A DNA stretch of 64,000 bases, taken from Nemertoderma westbladi (lineage: Eukaryota > Animalia > Xenacoelomorpha). Where the stretch lies: contig JAUCBJ010001454.1 in assembly GCA_032718475.1 (NCBI GenBank), positions 1 through 64,000 on the forward strand, given 5' to 3'. This document shows, in pieces, positions 39,332 to 52,160 of this stretch. The position numbers and the translations under genes were made by a program. The notes below the pieces were generated by a model, which did no database searches, had not been told where the DNA came from, and saw only the letters and a program-made list of their open reading frames with translations. Numbering within the stretch: the stretch's first letter is position 1; each line of letters begins with the position of its first letter.

Positions 39332-40459
39332 TGTTCGCGCTTTCAGACCTTTGGCAGTTTAACCCGCCAAATTAGAATGTCTTCTAGATAATAAATCGCT
39401 TTTTAGTCTATGACAAGTATTTGATTCACTACACTAGTCGAAACCAATCCGTGCGCGACCATTCACCCGCTGGATATTCCCGGGAGATTGGGTTCGACGG
39501 TTTAATTTTTATTGCTATGTAAGCCTAATGTATTATTCGACTGACAGTATTATATAATCTCTGACAATATTATTCACCTTCGGTAATATTAACAGTTCCT
39601 TTAGGACGTGGCGCTTTATCTATATAAACAGAGTTATGACTTAAACTACTCACAACGATATGGCTTAATTATAATTCACATATATGGCGCATTCTTTAGG
39701 AATTGCTTCTTTAACAGACTCACTCATACACTATGCTGCACAATACTGCACACTAATCTGCCAATCTTCACTGATTTTAGTCACATATAAAAGGAACACA
39801 GGCTGACTCATGTAGGGTCTATCAAATAACATTAGATTCACTTCAAACCACTTTAACATAAGTCACAATCATTATTGGTAACCTTTCTCTCTTACCTTAG
39901 GTATATCAAGAATATTGGGTTGCGGGGTTATTTATCGTTATTCCAAATATAATTATTCATCAACCATATTATGAAGAACTGACAGCAAATAGCAGTATAA
40001 AACAACAAGTCAGTACCGGTATGTCAGCAATGAGACATAGGCATGCAGGTCCGTCCGTTAAAGGATATATGCCCTTTATAATTAAACCTACTAGTGTACG
40101 ACTAAAAAGCAGTACAGCACAAAATACTTCCAAGCCGTTCTTTCTTTGGCTCAAGACTGAATGTAAACACTGCACATAGGCATTGCGTCATTTATCGGAA
40201 ATTTTCTGTACAAGGAGCCACAAAAACGCTCTAATTGGCTGACTGAACTGAGAGACGCCGTAGAACAAAGGAAATCAACACGTATGAATGTCAGCTGTTA
40301 ACCGTAGTCATAGTAACTACTGTTCAAGAGTAGCTATCACCCCTTTGCGTCACGAATTGCCATAGAATCATAAAATATGCCTTTCACAGTACACATACGG
40401 AGGAAATAGGTCTTAGATCCTCTAAAAACACCGATACAGCAATAATACGGTCTCTTACA
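39332..40459 (-). mobile_element. 1128-bp 5' LTR of the large LTR element
   Basis: Minus strand starts TGTAAGAGACC and ends AAAGCGCGAACA; homologous to 17114-18217. Confidence 0.78.
40150..40240 (-). promoter_or_regulatory. LTR core promoter: CCAAT box, TGACGCAA bZIP-type site, initiator-like CATTCA
   Basis: gccaat.agagc-N34-aaatgacgcaatgc-N16/18-cattca, with identical 34-bp spacing at 17365-17450 (+) despite unrelated spacer sequence. Confidence 0.6.
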
Positions 40460-40569
40460 CTTATTAAATCAACTACAGAGTATTTTAATGTAAAAGATAA
40501 TAAAATAACGGGGCAATTCAGCAAAGGCTTTTACATCAGCTGTGAGCGCAGACTCAGATACACGATTTA

Positions 40570-40805
40570 CCTCAAAGTAATCAGGTAATAAATACCCTGT
40601 AATTGTTTAGAAGCTTCTCAAAGTGGGTCTTCAAAACATTATTGAGACATCATCTGGAGTTCAAGGTTAACCTTGGTGGTTGGTTGGCTTTTCCTCCAGT
40701 CAGTGAGCAGTCAGCAGTCAGTGAGCAGGTTAATTGATTGCCGTGCCTGGGCTGATTGCTCAGCATTGTTTGTCATCAACCTGCTGGTTTAAGCTCCTTC
40801 AGAAT
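40570..40805 (-). mobile_element. Old RTE-like fragment related to 20875-20960
   Basis: Reverse complement accaccaaggttaa...cccactttgagaagct matches the start of the truncated RTE. Confidence 0.55.
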
Positions 40806-41288
40806 ATAAGAGTATCATATAACCTACAAGCCGTGAAATATAAATTCATAACCCGAACAGCGATCTCACTAGCAACTGAACTATTATGAGATTATAATTT
40901 CTAATAATTCAATGTTCGGCGGATATTGGAATATTTATTTGTTTAATAAATAAACTCGACTACAAATGAATGGGCAATCCACAGTCGTTCCTTATTGTAG
41001 ACAGAAAACGTTGTTGTTACAATCATAAGACAAGTTTGCTAAATAAGCAGGCATATAAATTATCAGTTATGTATTATTATAGTCAGTTTGTGGCCGAGGT
41101 TACATTGTAGATTCCTTTATGAACTGTAAATGTATCAATTTGCATATGAGACTACAGTATTTGATTTTTATAGATTTGTAATAATTTTGCGAATAATTGT
41201 TATATTTATTTATTATTTGCTAAGAGAATCATTATTACCCGACTGTCAATTAAAATTGTCGAATTGCGTCATTTAATCATTTAGTCAT

Positions 41289-42268
41289 TTCATTTCTGAT
41301 GTCAGTTTTTACGACTGACCAACTCTAGGCTGTCTGTGTCTGTATGTATGTCTGTTTGTCTGTCAGTCTGTCTGTCAAAAAATAAGGTAGCATATCATGT
41401 AATAAAAACATTCGCTATGGGGTTTTCTAGGTCTCTGATTTCATTTCTGATGTCCTTTTTTACGACTGACCAACTCTAGGCTGACTGTGTCTGTATGTAT
41501 GTATGTTTGTCTGTCAGTCTGTTTGTCAAAAAATAAGGAAGCATATTATGTAATAAAAACATTCGCTATGGGGGTTTTCTAGGTCTCTGATTTCATTTCT
41601 GATGTCAGTTTTTACGACTGACCAACTCTAGGCTGTCTGTGTCTGTATGTATGTCTGTTTGTCTATCAGTCTGTCTGTCAAAAACTAAGGAAGCATATTA
41701 TGTCACACAGTGTGTCGTGAGTCGAGCCAGGCGTGAAAACTGACATCAGAAATGAAATCAGAGACCTGGAAAACCCCCACTTATTTTTTGACAGACAGAC
41801 TGACAGACAGACAAACAGATATACAGACATACATACAGACACAGACAGCCTAGAGTTGGTCAGTCGTAAAAACTGACATCAGAAATGAAATCAGAGACCT
41901 GGAAAACCCCCATGGCGAATGTTTTCATTACATAATAGGCTTCCGTATTTTTTGACTGACAGACAAACAGACATACAGACATACATACAGACACAGACAG
42001 CCTAGAGTTGGTCAGTCGTAAAAACTGACATCAGAAATGAAATCAGAGACCTGGAAAACCCCCATGGCGAATGTTTTCATTACATAATATGCTTCCGTAT
42101 TTTTTGACTGACAGACAAACAGACATACATACAGACACAGACAGCCTAGAGTTGGTCAGTCGTAAAAACTGACATCAGAAATGAGATCAGCTACCTGGAA
42201 AACCCCCATGGCGAATGTTTTTATTACATAATATGCTTCCTTATTTTTTGACAGACAGACTGACAGAC
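41289..42268. repeat. Foldback structure: ~3 forward and ~4 inverted copies of a ~150-bp unit with (ctgt)n tracts
   Basis: catttctgatgtcagtttttacgactgaccaactctaggctgtc... repeated at 41289-41700, reverse complement repeated at 41735-42268. Confidence 0.88.
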
Positions 42269-42806
42269 ATTTTATTACCAGTACCAGCAGGCCTTTATAT
42301 TCCATTATACTTACTGCTCTACAGCCCTACCAAAAACCAAAACAACCAATTAAAATTTGAAATTACCACTTAATTTTGTTATGAGGAAGAGTACTGAACA
42401 TGTAATGGGTGTGTCAGCTATCAGACTGACATGTTTAGGTGGCCATAGAGCTCCTAGTACTTCGTGGCATAACACCTAGGCCATAGTACAGTAGGTGTGA
42501 CCTAACTGTTATGCCATAGTAGTGAAAGGGTTAAGATGCATATATTTGAATATAAGATTGTACACTGCAGCTACTTGTGTATTATTCACAGACTGTATTC
42601 CATGGAGTGGCTGAATTGTGCCACTTATTACTTCTTTGTTTTTATTTAAGCGACTTTTTGTTCGACCAAAAACTCACTTAATAAATTGGCTAATTTGACT
42701 GTAAAATAGTGGGTAATTTTATCAACTAGCTAGTTTTTGATAATTTAATTTGATTATCCCGCTTTAATTCACCAACGCAAATTCTTTCAAGTTGCCGTAA
42801 AAGTTG

Positions 42807-43083
42807 GGCCCATGTGAAGAATACCTGACTTCCTGCCGTTATATTTCACTTTGCAGTTACCGCCATGTGAAGAATACCAGGTTTTCACCAAAAACACAAG
42901 TTACAGAAGGGCCGAATCTAACCAAAACAATAAACGAATTAGTATATGTACAGGTTATAAGACAGAAATAAGCGCTATAAAACACTTAATAAAGATAAAT
43001 TAAAAAACATAAAAAATCTTCATATAAAAATTCCAATAAAAATTCGACCGAAAAGTGAAATCCTGGGCATCTTCACATGGGCG
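42807..43083. mobile_element. 277-bp MITE with 8-bp TSD, nested in another non-autonomous element
   Basis: TIR gcccatgtgaaga / tcttcacatgggc; aaaagttg on both sides; the host element ends tgtaaacaggcct+taa at ~43209 (Harbinger-like end). Confidence 0.7.
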
Positions 43084-43276
43084 AAAAGTTGAGCAACTTT
43101 TACAGGAACTTTTTTAAGTGTTTACATGGAGCAACTTGATCGGCAACCTGGGTTGCTCTACAAGTTGCCGAGAAAGTTGCTCTAAAAGTTGCCACGTGTA
43201 AACAGGCCTTAAGAAACAGACATTTACCAATTCCCCATAGGAAACGGGTACTCATTCATTTTACCGATTAAATTAT

Positions 43277-43519
43277 ATTCACCACTTTTTCAAAACAACG
43301 GTGTATATTAATATAGATTAAAAAAATTAATTAAAATTATTAACTAAAATTATTATTTAATTAATTTTAAAATATTATTATTATATTACTAAAATTATCA
43401 GCCAAAATAAAACTAAAAGGTTGTAGTTTTATTTTGGCTGATGAAGACCGTGCAATGAGGCCGATAATTTCCATTATAATCTATATTAATATACACCGTT
43501 GTTTTGGAAAGTGGTGAAT
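43277..43519. repeat. Nested inverted repeat with a degenerate hammerhead-like core (possible Penelope-like remnant)
   Basis: ~43-bp arms attcaccac...atagatta; inner hairpin 43397-43442; ctgatga-agacc...ggcc-gata at 43438-43466. Confidence 0.5.
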
Positions 43520-44423
43520 CTCTACTATATCTATTATTATCTATTATATATAATGTAATATAATTTATATTATATTATATATTTGAATTTACAGGATACA
43601 GTAACTGAAGAGTGAACGCCCAGAAAAACGACTGCCTAACATAATTATCGGTCTCAAATGGGTAAATCCCATATCCACCCGACTTTAGCTTATTGTTCCT
43701 GATGTGTAAATTTTATTGGTTTCATTAGACAAAGGATATCATGACAACCATAAAAGCTCGTTGCGTTAATAATTATTGCCACACAAATATAAAAAGGTAC
43801 AAGTCCTGGCAATTAATTGAAAAAGAAAATAACATTTTATTCAAAAATTTAAACATTTCTTCCCTCTGTCAGTTTCAACAGCGCGAAAAAAGGTTGGACT
43901 TTTATGCCCGCTCACACTTTTATTACATTCACATGTGGAACTCCAATCATCGAGCTCTACTTCCAGTTCCAGGTCCGTTACAAACAACTACTGATACTAC
44001 ACTATACATTCAGTATGGCAGGAAATCCCATTAACATAAAATGTGGACTTTATTATGTATTAAGTGCATTTCATTACTTATTTAATTTAATGCAAAGTTT
44101 AATTTTTTCCCAATGAAATATATCTATATTTATATTTAATTGATATTATATTAAACAATACCTCATCGGAAAGTCGGAAAGAAATGTTTCAATTGTTGAA
44201 TAAAATAACATACTGTACAGTACTCGTAAACTGTATTTAACTTGACTCGCTGCGCTCGACGAATAAACCGAATCGTACTGTTTGCCTATAAAGTGATAAC
44301 TTTTTTATCAATTTGATATAAATAGTTAATTTTTAAGAACATCTTGCGAAATTTATAAATAGTTAATTTTTAAGAACATCTTTCGAAATTTATCAATTTT
44401 GATAGTAATTACGAAACCACGTG

Positions 44424-44582
44424 ATGGCTTATATAATTGGACAATCTTCAGCATGCGAAGGAAGCAAGAAAAAAGTAAGAATACAAGAAGATGTGGAGAT
44501 AGCTTCTCCTACAATGACAACTGAAGATTCTGATGAACCTATTGAAGACATTGGTGAAGAGTTACAGAAACTGAGGAATAAG
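44424..44582 (+). CDS. Coding exon of a FAM167/LURAP(FAM89)-like coiled-coil protein
   Basis: ATG then 53 codons ending ...ELQKLRNK at a phase-0 donor AAG/gtaaat. Confidence 0.7.
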
Positions 44583-47034
44583 GTAAATTATCCAACCTTC
44601 GCTTTTTCTTTAAGTTAACATCTATAGACATTGGAAATATTGTACAACCGTGTGAGCAATCTTATCTGATACAATCTGATCAATTAAACATAGTTTTCTA
44701 AAATAATTTTGGTATCGGTAACAACTCTATACGGTAGTTCAAAGTAGCCCTTTGAGATTGGTCGAAGAATGAAATGTATAAAATATTGAGAATATTTGAT
44801 TATTTGAATATTACATGCGAACACCCTGTACCAACAGTATCTTTCGCTCAAATATTTCAATTTCTGAGCTTATGTCTACAACTGCAGTTAAATCCACATT
44901 GCTGACATGGACATACAGTAACATTTAATTATTGAACATTTAGATTTATTTATGAACTGTCAAACAAACATTCCGATACCGTCGGTAGTTCACCGCTTTG
45001 CTAACTGTACTACCATCTGAGCTGGAGAATGTATCAACCCGGACATTTTTATTTGTATTACTATTTACCCCTAAGGGAGGAGTGGGGGGGGGGGGGGGGG
45101 GGGGGGGGATTCACGGCTTTTAGGCATGTGTTCAAAAAAATTTCTCAGAGAATTAACAGGTAGATTTTGCAATGGAGATAATGAATGCTTCAATTGTCCC
45201 CAAAAAAAAACGCAAGCAAAAAGTCGGCAGATGCCAGAGGCGGCCCGAAGATTCCTCCTCCGACAGCTGCTTCCTGAAGGTAGGGTTGGACGCTATTATC
45301 GACCCCAGTGGATGAAAGGCTGAGTGAACCCTGTTGTTGCAGGCCCAGCGCTGAACCAATTGACTTACATCCCTTTTTATTGTTAGTTATACACACACCG
45401 CATGTCGTTGCCACCCCCCGCCAAACACCAACAAGAACATACAGTATTTACAATGTATACAATATTTTGCACAGCAAATAAATTATCGAATTATAATTTG
45501 AATAAAAAACAAACATAAACCGAAGGATACTACAGTAGTTAGTAAAAACAATAAAAAAACAATGCCCATCATATCAGTTTAACAGATGTCTAAACATTTG
45601 ATGTCCCTCTATTTCTTTCTTTTTAATCCGTCCATAGTGAAACGTGGCAGCCAAGTACTGGACCAGTAGCTGTCTCATTCCAAGGCGGCTAATCCATCTG
45701 CAGTCGCTCCAGTCTCCCGCATGCGGGCGAAAAATTTCCTTAATTGTAATTTCTTTAAGCTGGATCTTGGCATACATGTACTGTACAGCATGTTGCGTCT
45801 TTGAGAAGAAGGTGATCGGTCTGCAATTCTCCAGTCTAATGCTAGAGGGTGAAATGTCAGCAAGTGAAAACCTTCAACCGTTTCCTTGATTTTAATCCGT
45901 TTAACCCTCCCTATCCATACCGGGGGAGGACTTTTGGAGACGCACTTTAATTGATTGCTTGGTTCAAAGCCAAACCACATTTATTGCAAGTGAAATTCCG
46001 TTACTTTTCCTAAAATTTATTATTCTTTATCTTAAAACAAAAATTAATTTTCATATTATTATTTATGACCATGAAAATGACACGTAAACTGACCTGTCTC
46101 TGAAACTGTCATATTATTGGCTGAACTATTGTAGGAGGGAAATTTAAATATAAAAGAAATTTAAATGGATGTTGTTCAATTTAAATATAATTATAGTATA
46201 GAAATATTATATTTGAGCATTAGTGTGTGGCATATTTGAAAAGAGGAATAAATTTTGTATCTAAAACTTTTAACTTTAAAGTAATATCATCACACCACAC
46301 AAAGTTATATGCTTCCAAACTTTACGTCCCCAAAACTTTCTACAGGGCAGCGCACGTACATTCCAGACCTCAGACGAGTTTTTGTGTGTTCTCAAATCTA
46401 CTGCAGTTACCCAGTCTCTAGGTGATAACGTGTTTAACGGAAATCTGATTATATTTTGTTTATGATTCTTTCGAGTTGACACTCAACTTAATTTTATGTC
46501 ATATGTTGCGCGAAGGCTCCATTTCGTGTAAGTAAATAATATTTGAAGTGCAATGAATCCTATGATACCAAAAGAAACTGAAAGGTAATGATAAGGAAAC
46601 GATGTTTTAGTTTATAATAATTCCTTTTAGGTGAATCAAACAGATAAGGCACAAAGACGCCGCATTTAGCGGTAGATAGTAAAATATAATTGGCAATCAC
46701 TGCTGATATCTATAAAGTCATGTCTTTCAGAGGAAGTAGTTGTTGGCGACCAAGCGGGTGATCCATCACAGAATACCAAGTTGAAGTTGTCGGGCTGACG
46801 TGACCAGGAACAATAATTTATTAGGAGGCCCATTACTGTCGGCGGTCATGACTGTATTTAATTCTAGTGTCTTAATGCAGTAACACGGATATTCTCACAT
46901 CCCCACATCCCCATATGAAGACGGGAATGATTACATACAAAACATTCCCAGAATCAATTTCTAAGATTTATCCGCTAAAATGTCGACATTTGATGCCGAT
47001 TTTAAACGTTTAGGAAAATTAATGGTGACTCGAG

Positions 47035-47469
47035 TATAATGGAATATAAACTTCGAGGCATTAAATGTGCTACAGTACTAACCCAATATCGAATATGTTC
47101 TTTAATCGAGTTGTAAATATCTGGAATGACCTCACCGATGATATTGTTACCAGTATTTCTGTGGAGCAATTCAAACTAAAACTTATTGAATGCGATCTCA
47201 CTAAATACTGTAATTTTGATAGGAATTTGTAACTTGTTTCGTTGTAAATTTTTATTTCATTTAAATACCTTGTGCAATGTGTTGCATATTTTATATTAAT
47301 TGATATTTAATTAAGCTAGAGTATCAGTCGCCTCGTTTACCGTGTTAACCTTTTTACTTTTGTTCTGGTCGGTACATTGTGCCTTTTATTGTGATTTTTA
47401 ATGTTGTCTGTGCGCTACTCTAACTGGAGTTATCTCCGAATAATATATCTTATCTTATCTTATCTTATC
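47035..47469 (+). mobile_element. 3' end of a CR1-like LINE
   Basis: Encodes FFNRVVNIWNDL...FKLKL, then 3' UTR and (tctta)n tail. Confidence 0.75.
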
Positions 47470-47544
47470 GACTCCAACGGTAGGTTTAATTCAAATTTTT
47501 CGGATATCAATTGTCCTCAGTCATACCAAAAAATCGAACAAGTT

Positions 47545-47789
47545 GAATAAACGTCGACATATGATATTCCAATTCAGTTTCGGATATCGAAATCAAAGCT
47601 AGACTATCAAATAGTTTGTTATTCATATGACAAAGTTTAGTTTGTTTCAAATAACTATGGGAATAGAATAAACGTCGACATATGATATTCCAATTCAGTT
47701 TCGGATATCGAAATCAAAGCTAGACTATCAAATAGTTTGTTATTCATATGACAAAGTTTAGTTTGTTTCAAATAACTATGGGAATAGAA
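47545..47789. repeat. Perfect 121-bp tandem duplication
   Basis: gaataaacgtcgacatatg... at 47545 and 47666. Confidence 0.92.
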
Positions 47790-47825
47790 GCCCTGCAGAC
47801 CCAGTGTTTAACTGGATTATTATAG

Positions 47826-48052
47826 GCAGGGGTGTAACTCAATTCGGTTGAACGCCAGGTCTGCAATCAACTGTTTGTAGGTTCGAGCCCCGACAAAGTC
47901 CACTCAGTCTTTCATTCCATGTGTAATCCTGATATACTGCACGTGTGTGAAGGCCTTATATATATCTCTTACCGGTTAGATTTATTACGCCATACTGACT
48001 TACGATTATTATACAGATTACTCTTTCCATGGGGTCAAAAAATGAGGACTAA
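47826..48052 (+). mobile_element. tRNA-derived SINE, interrupted
   Basis: A-box-like taactcaattcgg, B-box ggttcgagccc, body gtccactcagtctttcat...ggggtcaaaaaatgag split by a ~100-bp insert. Confidence 0.55.
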
Positions 48053-48215
48053 GGAATAAATTACTGGGAGCGAAATTTGTGATAGAAGCAACGCCCATCC
48101 CTACCAACCTCCCACGGGTAGCAGCTATCCAAAGAGGAGCTTTCGGGTCGCCTCCGGCTTCGACCGACTGTTTGCTTTGCTTGAATTATTATAGAGCCTT
48201 GATGTTGTGATTTAG

Positions 48216-48359
48216 ATTGTGGAACTAAAAGAAATGGATCGTGCACTTATTGCTCAATTTATGTTACTTCGAGCTCAACTTCATTCGTGGCGAAATAACT
48301 CAAACAGCACAGATAGCGACTCATCGAAACAGATAATTCGGAGTTTCAGTGTTACTCTG
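48216..48359 (+). CDS. Next coding exon of the FAM167/LURAP-like gene
   Basis: tttAG acceptor, 48 codons IVELKEMDRALIAQFMLLRAQLHSWR...SFSVTL, phase-0 donor GTaagt; joins 44582 in frame. Confidence 0.72.
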
Positions 48360-50386
48360 GTAAGTTGCCTTGGTGACACCTGTCGTTCAGTGAAATATTG
48401 TTGTTGTCTGTTTTCCGTTCGCTTAGATTAATGACTATTTCTAAAGAAAGTAACACTTTATTCAACGACTTTATAATTCACATTATCGAGGAATGTTAAA
48501 GAATATTGTTTTCGATGACGAAGGTCGACGAAAAAATTATTCAAATACCGGTAGTATTTAGAGGAAATTAATGCGGATTATAAGGAGGACAAAAAGGAAT
48601 GTTCTTTGATAAAAAAATGTATCGAAATTAGCACTTTTTGGCACTAATTTTAATTGCCCGAAATTTAATTACTTTGTCTGAGTGCGTTGAGTTTTGCACG
48701 AGTTAGCAGATTTCTAGAATGCCATCGCTTTTCTAAAATGTCATCGAGTGCAAAACTCAATACACGAGGGCATAGTTCGTATCTGAATGAATTTCGGTTA
48801 AATATAAGTTCTTTAGGAGGAGTTCTTTAGAAGGAGTTCTTTCCGATTTTTATAATCGGAGACACTATTTTATTTGAAAAATTAAATAATTTACCGGTAT
48901 TGATTGATGCGTAATATTAACTGCAGTATGCCTAGGCCTACGGCAGTACCAATAAAGGAAACAGCTGTAATTATTGTGAATACAATAGTATTTTTTTGAA
49001 TTATCATTAAAATAGTGTATTATGTAATTTTATATGGGCATACTAGAGAAAAAGTTTCAATATTTTTTAAATTTTCGGTCAAATCACTCTCGAACTTTTG
49101 ACTCCAGATCAAATTGATTTTTTTTGCCAATTTTTGCCAAAGTTCGCGTGCTGCGTCACGCCCCACGAACGTGTATTAGTGTACATAATACAACCTGTAG
49201 GGTGGGCCAAATGCTAACCCAATTATTGTGTCGTTAGATAAGGAAGGAGAGAATATCCGATAACTTAGCAAACATTAGTTACATATAACCATCATCCCCT
49301 GCCTCCTAATATTAATAGTTGCAGGGATTGAATTAAGTTCAACGACGTCGTTTGTGGCGTATTCATAATTATAACAGATAGATGTAATTCCCTATTATAC
49401 CCGGGGGGGGGGGGGGGTTGTTATAACTCTGAAACAAACGCAGCCTAATAGTGAAAACGCTTTTCAAAAATATTGAGAAGTTTTCGAGTTATAGCATCAT
49501 TTTTTAACCCTACTTTTGGCACTTTTTTTGAGACGTTTTTGAAAAGTTCATGAAATATGATTTGAAACATCTTTGTTTTTGATTTACACCGGTTTTTTGG
49601 TGTTTGCAATTAGATGGAATTCATATAAATTCTTTAGAAATTTCAAACATGTTTTTTTCAGCGGGTGCCAAATTTTGAAATATGTCAATTTTGTAAATTG
49701 ATTGTTTGAACCTGTTTTTTGTACAATAGGAGTTTTTGGGATTCAAGTTTCGATGGAATATATATGAGTTCCACCAGGCGTATCAAAATTGTATTTTTCG
49801 GTGGTGTGCAAAATTTGGTGCCAACACGAAACTTTGAAAATCGTTTCAATAGTTCATTCAATTGCTTGTGACAACTTATTTCTCGCGTTTTAGAGGTTTA
49901 TGGCAGTTCTGAATTTAATGGAATAAATAATTATCTATCAAGACATCTCAAACTTCTATTTTTTGGAAGTGGATGCAAAATTTGTTGCTAGCACCAAATT
50001 TTGAAAACCATCAAATATATCAATTGATTGTGTCACCTTGTGTCTTGCGTTATACGGGTTTATGAGGGTTCTAAATTTAATGGAATAAGTAAAAATTGCG
50101 TAAGAGTTTTCGACCTTGTATTTTTCCCCGGTGGGTGAAAATTGTTGTGCCATTATTAATTAAAATATATTGGTTGGTTTTTTTTCATTTTTTGCCTACG
50201 TAAACGACTAAAACAGCAATTTATTGTGATCAGATCATTTTTAAATATTTTCCAATGGATTTTGCACCCCAGAAAAACTGTATTGAAAAACAACTAGCCG
50301 AAAATTCAAACTTCCAAATTTTATGAAAATTGTTCACTGCTTGTAATTTTGACAGTGCTGCCATAGCTTAGCCTAGCCACATTTAG

Positions 50387-50655
50387 TTTCACCATATGCG
50401 CATTTCACCCTCCCAGGCGTCCTCAGCGGTTTAATTAATGAAAACATTAAAATGTACAGCTCAATTTAAAAAGAGTTAATACAATTTAATTTACATAATA
50501 ATATCAAGCGGCAATCAATATAAATTATTCAGGGTTAAATTTAGTTAACGGTAAGTCATATAGAAGTAAAATTAATTAATTTTAATTAATAAGAAGTTTT
50601 AATTAATTAAACCGCTGAGGACGCAAGGGAGGGTGAAATGCGCATGCTGTGAAAC
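50387..50655. mobile_element. MITE-like inverted repeat (~60-bp arms)
   Basis: tgcgcatttcaccctccc..gcgtcctcagcggtttaattaat and its reverse complement. Confidence 0.7.
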
Positions 50656-50724
50656 CAAAATTTTTATATATCCACGTGGTGAAAGCCCTTAATTACAATA
50701 ATCTATCTGTTATTAATATTATTA

Positions 50725-51497
50725 GTGGCAGTCGGATCCAATATGGTTGGTGCGCGAAATAATTGTTGGGCTAGAAACAATTGAATAAGGGGTAAGAAGA
50801 TGCCCTGGATCGAGTGGCGGGGTGTGCTTTTTGCAAAAACAAGAGGAAACGGTCGAAATGGCGGGTTTAATTAAGCGTGGGAATCCAATTTAGAAAATCG
50901 GCTGTGATTGGCTACTACATATTTGACGTCATTACGCAGTGATCTGATAATTTTTTATCTTGGTTTCTATGGAGAGATATTTTCGATGGTTTCAAATACA
51001 CATTTAATCTCAATCATTTCACACGTGGCTTATATTAATTGAAAGCGGAGAGTCTTGCTCGTCTTTTGACACTATAATTAATTAAATTCATAAAGGGGAA
51101 GACTGATAAAATGCTGTTTACAATTACAAACTCGGCCGATTGCCTGACCGGTATGTAAGCACTCAGCCTATTACAGTATCTGACTATTGCAGATTTACTT
51201 CATTAATTAGGCTTTACCGGTGACCGGTACGCATTTTTAATATTCAAGTAGCCCACTGCCAATTAGCCTACTGCCAGATCACTGCGTAATGACGTCACTT
51301 ACGTAGCAGCCAATCACAGCCGATTTTCAAAATTGGCCTGCAGCTCTTACTTAAACTAGCCATTTCGACCGTTTCTACGTGTATTTACCAAAAACACACC
51401 CCGCCACTCGATTCAGGGCACCTTTTTACCCCTAATTCAATTGTGTCTAGCCGAACAATTTTTTCCAGCATCAACCTATTAGAAGCCAGATTACTGA
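50725..51497. mobile_element. Old MITE with ~220-bp diverged TIRs
   Basis: gaaaatcggctgtgattggct..tgacgtcattacgcagtgatctg and tcgagtggcggggtgt mirrored at 51275-51480. Confidence 0.78.
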
Positions 51498-51564
51498 ACC
51501 TGGTTGAGCCAATCAGACTTCAGCAACGTGATTTTGCGATATTGCGGATTTACAGTATAGGCAA

Positions 51565-51892
51565 GGCATACCGGATTACGGTATAGGCATACCAGCTTAC
51601 GGTATAGGCATACCAGCTTACGGTATAGGCATACCAGCTTACGGTATAGGCATACCAGCTTACGGTATAGGCATACCAGCTTACGGTATTTGCATACCAG
51701 CTTACGGTATAGGCATACCAGCTTACGGTATAGGCATACCAGCTTACGGTATAGGCATACCAGCTTACGGTATAGGCATACCAGCTTACGGTATAGGCAT
51801 ACCAGCTTACGGTATTTGCATACCAGCTTACGGTATAGGCATACCAGCTTACGGTATAGGCATACCAGCTTACGGTATAGGCATACGGTATA
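51565..51892. repeat. 21-bp minisatellite, ~15 copies
   Basis: Unit gcataccagcttacggtatag; explains ORFs 51491-51949. Confidence 0.95.
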
Positions 51893-51894
51893 GG

Positions 51895-52160
51895 TATTGT
51901 ATTTTTTGTCCCACCAGAAAAGCACTAACATCAATTGTTGCGTTACCATGAATGATTTTTAACAAGTTGTATCGCGATCAGCGACCTTGGAAGCCAGTAT
52001 AGCTTCAGAATTACCAAACCAAAGGCAAAATTTAACAGTTTGTAATTTTCTGCTACTTCTACTTTTTGTTCTGGAGCCCCAGCATTGCACCAAAAGTACC
52101 AAAAATAATTATAACTACTGTAGTTTCATAGTGATCAGCGACCTCGAAAACCCTTATACT
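51895..52160 (-). repeat. Dispersed repeat family also at ~876-1150, ~6898-7167 and ~10310-10575
   Basis: Shared ggttttcga.gtcgctgatcac and tgct..tctggtgggac..aaatac motifs. Confidence 0.75.

Noticed and set aside
45126-45980. GC-richer segment with short ORFs
   Set aside because: No recognisable motif, splice pattern or termini; probably a decayed element but unsupported.
47826-47895. tRNA gene
   Set aside because: No acceptor stem; continues into a SINE-like body.
51491-51949. CLYRKLV repeat protein
   Set aside because: 21-bp minisatellite in frame by chance.
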